This document shows positions 63,851 through 64,000 of a stretch of 64,000 bases of DNA, piece after piece. The translations under genes were made by a program, and so were the position numbers. Position 1 is the first letter of the stretch. Each line of letters begins with the position of its first letter. The stretch is from Candidatus Saccharimonadales bacterium (GTDB lineage: Bacteria; Patescibacteriota; Saccharimonadia; Saccharimonadales; EFPC-124): the NCBI GenBank assembly GCA_035710125.1, contig DASTDY010000070.1, positions 25,396 through 89,395 of the forward strand. Direction: 5' to 3'. Under the pieces are notes generated by a model that had not been told where the DNA came from, searched no databases, and worked only from the letters and a program-made list of their open reading frames with translations.

Positions 63851-64000
63851 GGGGCAGTCGGCACTTTTTACATCAAAAACTAAACAGAGAGGGCAAAATT
63901 ACCCCAACTGTAGTTTGCAACTACAGCGTATTTGCGGGACAATAGTATAAAGCAATGGACGTGCTATCTTTTCTATTTAGCTTGCTTGGCAAGTGGTACA

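Overview
This 64 kb window reads as a compact, roughly 45-52% GC bacterial chromosome segment. Its gene content is reminiscent of Patescibacteria (CPR) or Saccharibacteria-like organisms, but that assignment is inference only. Confidently recognisable core genes are smpB, xth, gltX, der, pth, dprA, topA and an RsuA/RluB-type pseudouridine synthase. There are two sensor histidine kinases, each followed by a response regulator that has a receiver domain but no DNA-binding output. A copper module consists of an ArsR-TRASH fusion regulator, a DUF305 protein and a CopB-like P1B-ATPase with a CPH motif. Other calls are a sortase, a PEGA-domain protein, a DUF3048 protein and several large secreted FN3/Ig-like proteins. 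One of those is a 1441-aa protein carrying a glyoxal/galactose-oxidase-like beta-propeller and a C-terminal LamG domain. There are two tRNAs: tRNA-Leu(CAA) on the minus strand and tRNA-Glu(CTC) on the plus strand. Four things stand out. First, more than a dozen short islets of about 60-68% GC, usually one gene each, sit between almost every pair of core genes. They encode orphan, mostly membrane or secreted proteins, and include a four-gene high-GC operon at 34.7-38.0 kb. Second, a ~1.5 kb ORF-free region downstream of topA holds two tandem, diverged copies of a highly structured element. The copies share collinear motifs and carry compensatory, plus-strand G-U-compatible substitutions, which argues for a large structured ncRNA that I cannot assign to a known family. 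Third, the gene immediately downstream of that region encodes an unusual predicted transcription factor: a sigma-70 region-4 HTH followed by two HARE-HTH domains. Fourth, tRNA-Glu is bracketed by 12-bp direct repeats and nested inverted repeats. It is followed by a tailspike-like pectate-lyase beta-helix protein, a GH10 hydrolase and a MUG/TDG-like glycosylase, which may be the remnant of an integrated element. Other oddities are an AT-rich islet encoding an HTH-fused EgtD-like (Methyltransf_33) methyltransferase with a small ORF, a stand-alone peptidase-S74 tail-fibre chaperone-domain protein, a cupredoxin-like protein lacking copper ligands, and an AlkZ/YcaQ-like glycosylase. No CRISPR array, rRNA, integrase or transposase was recognised.
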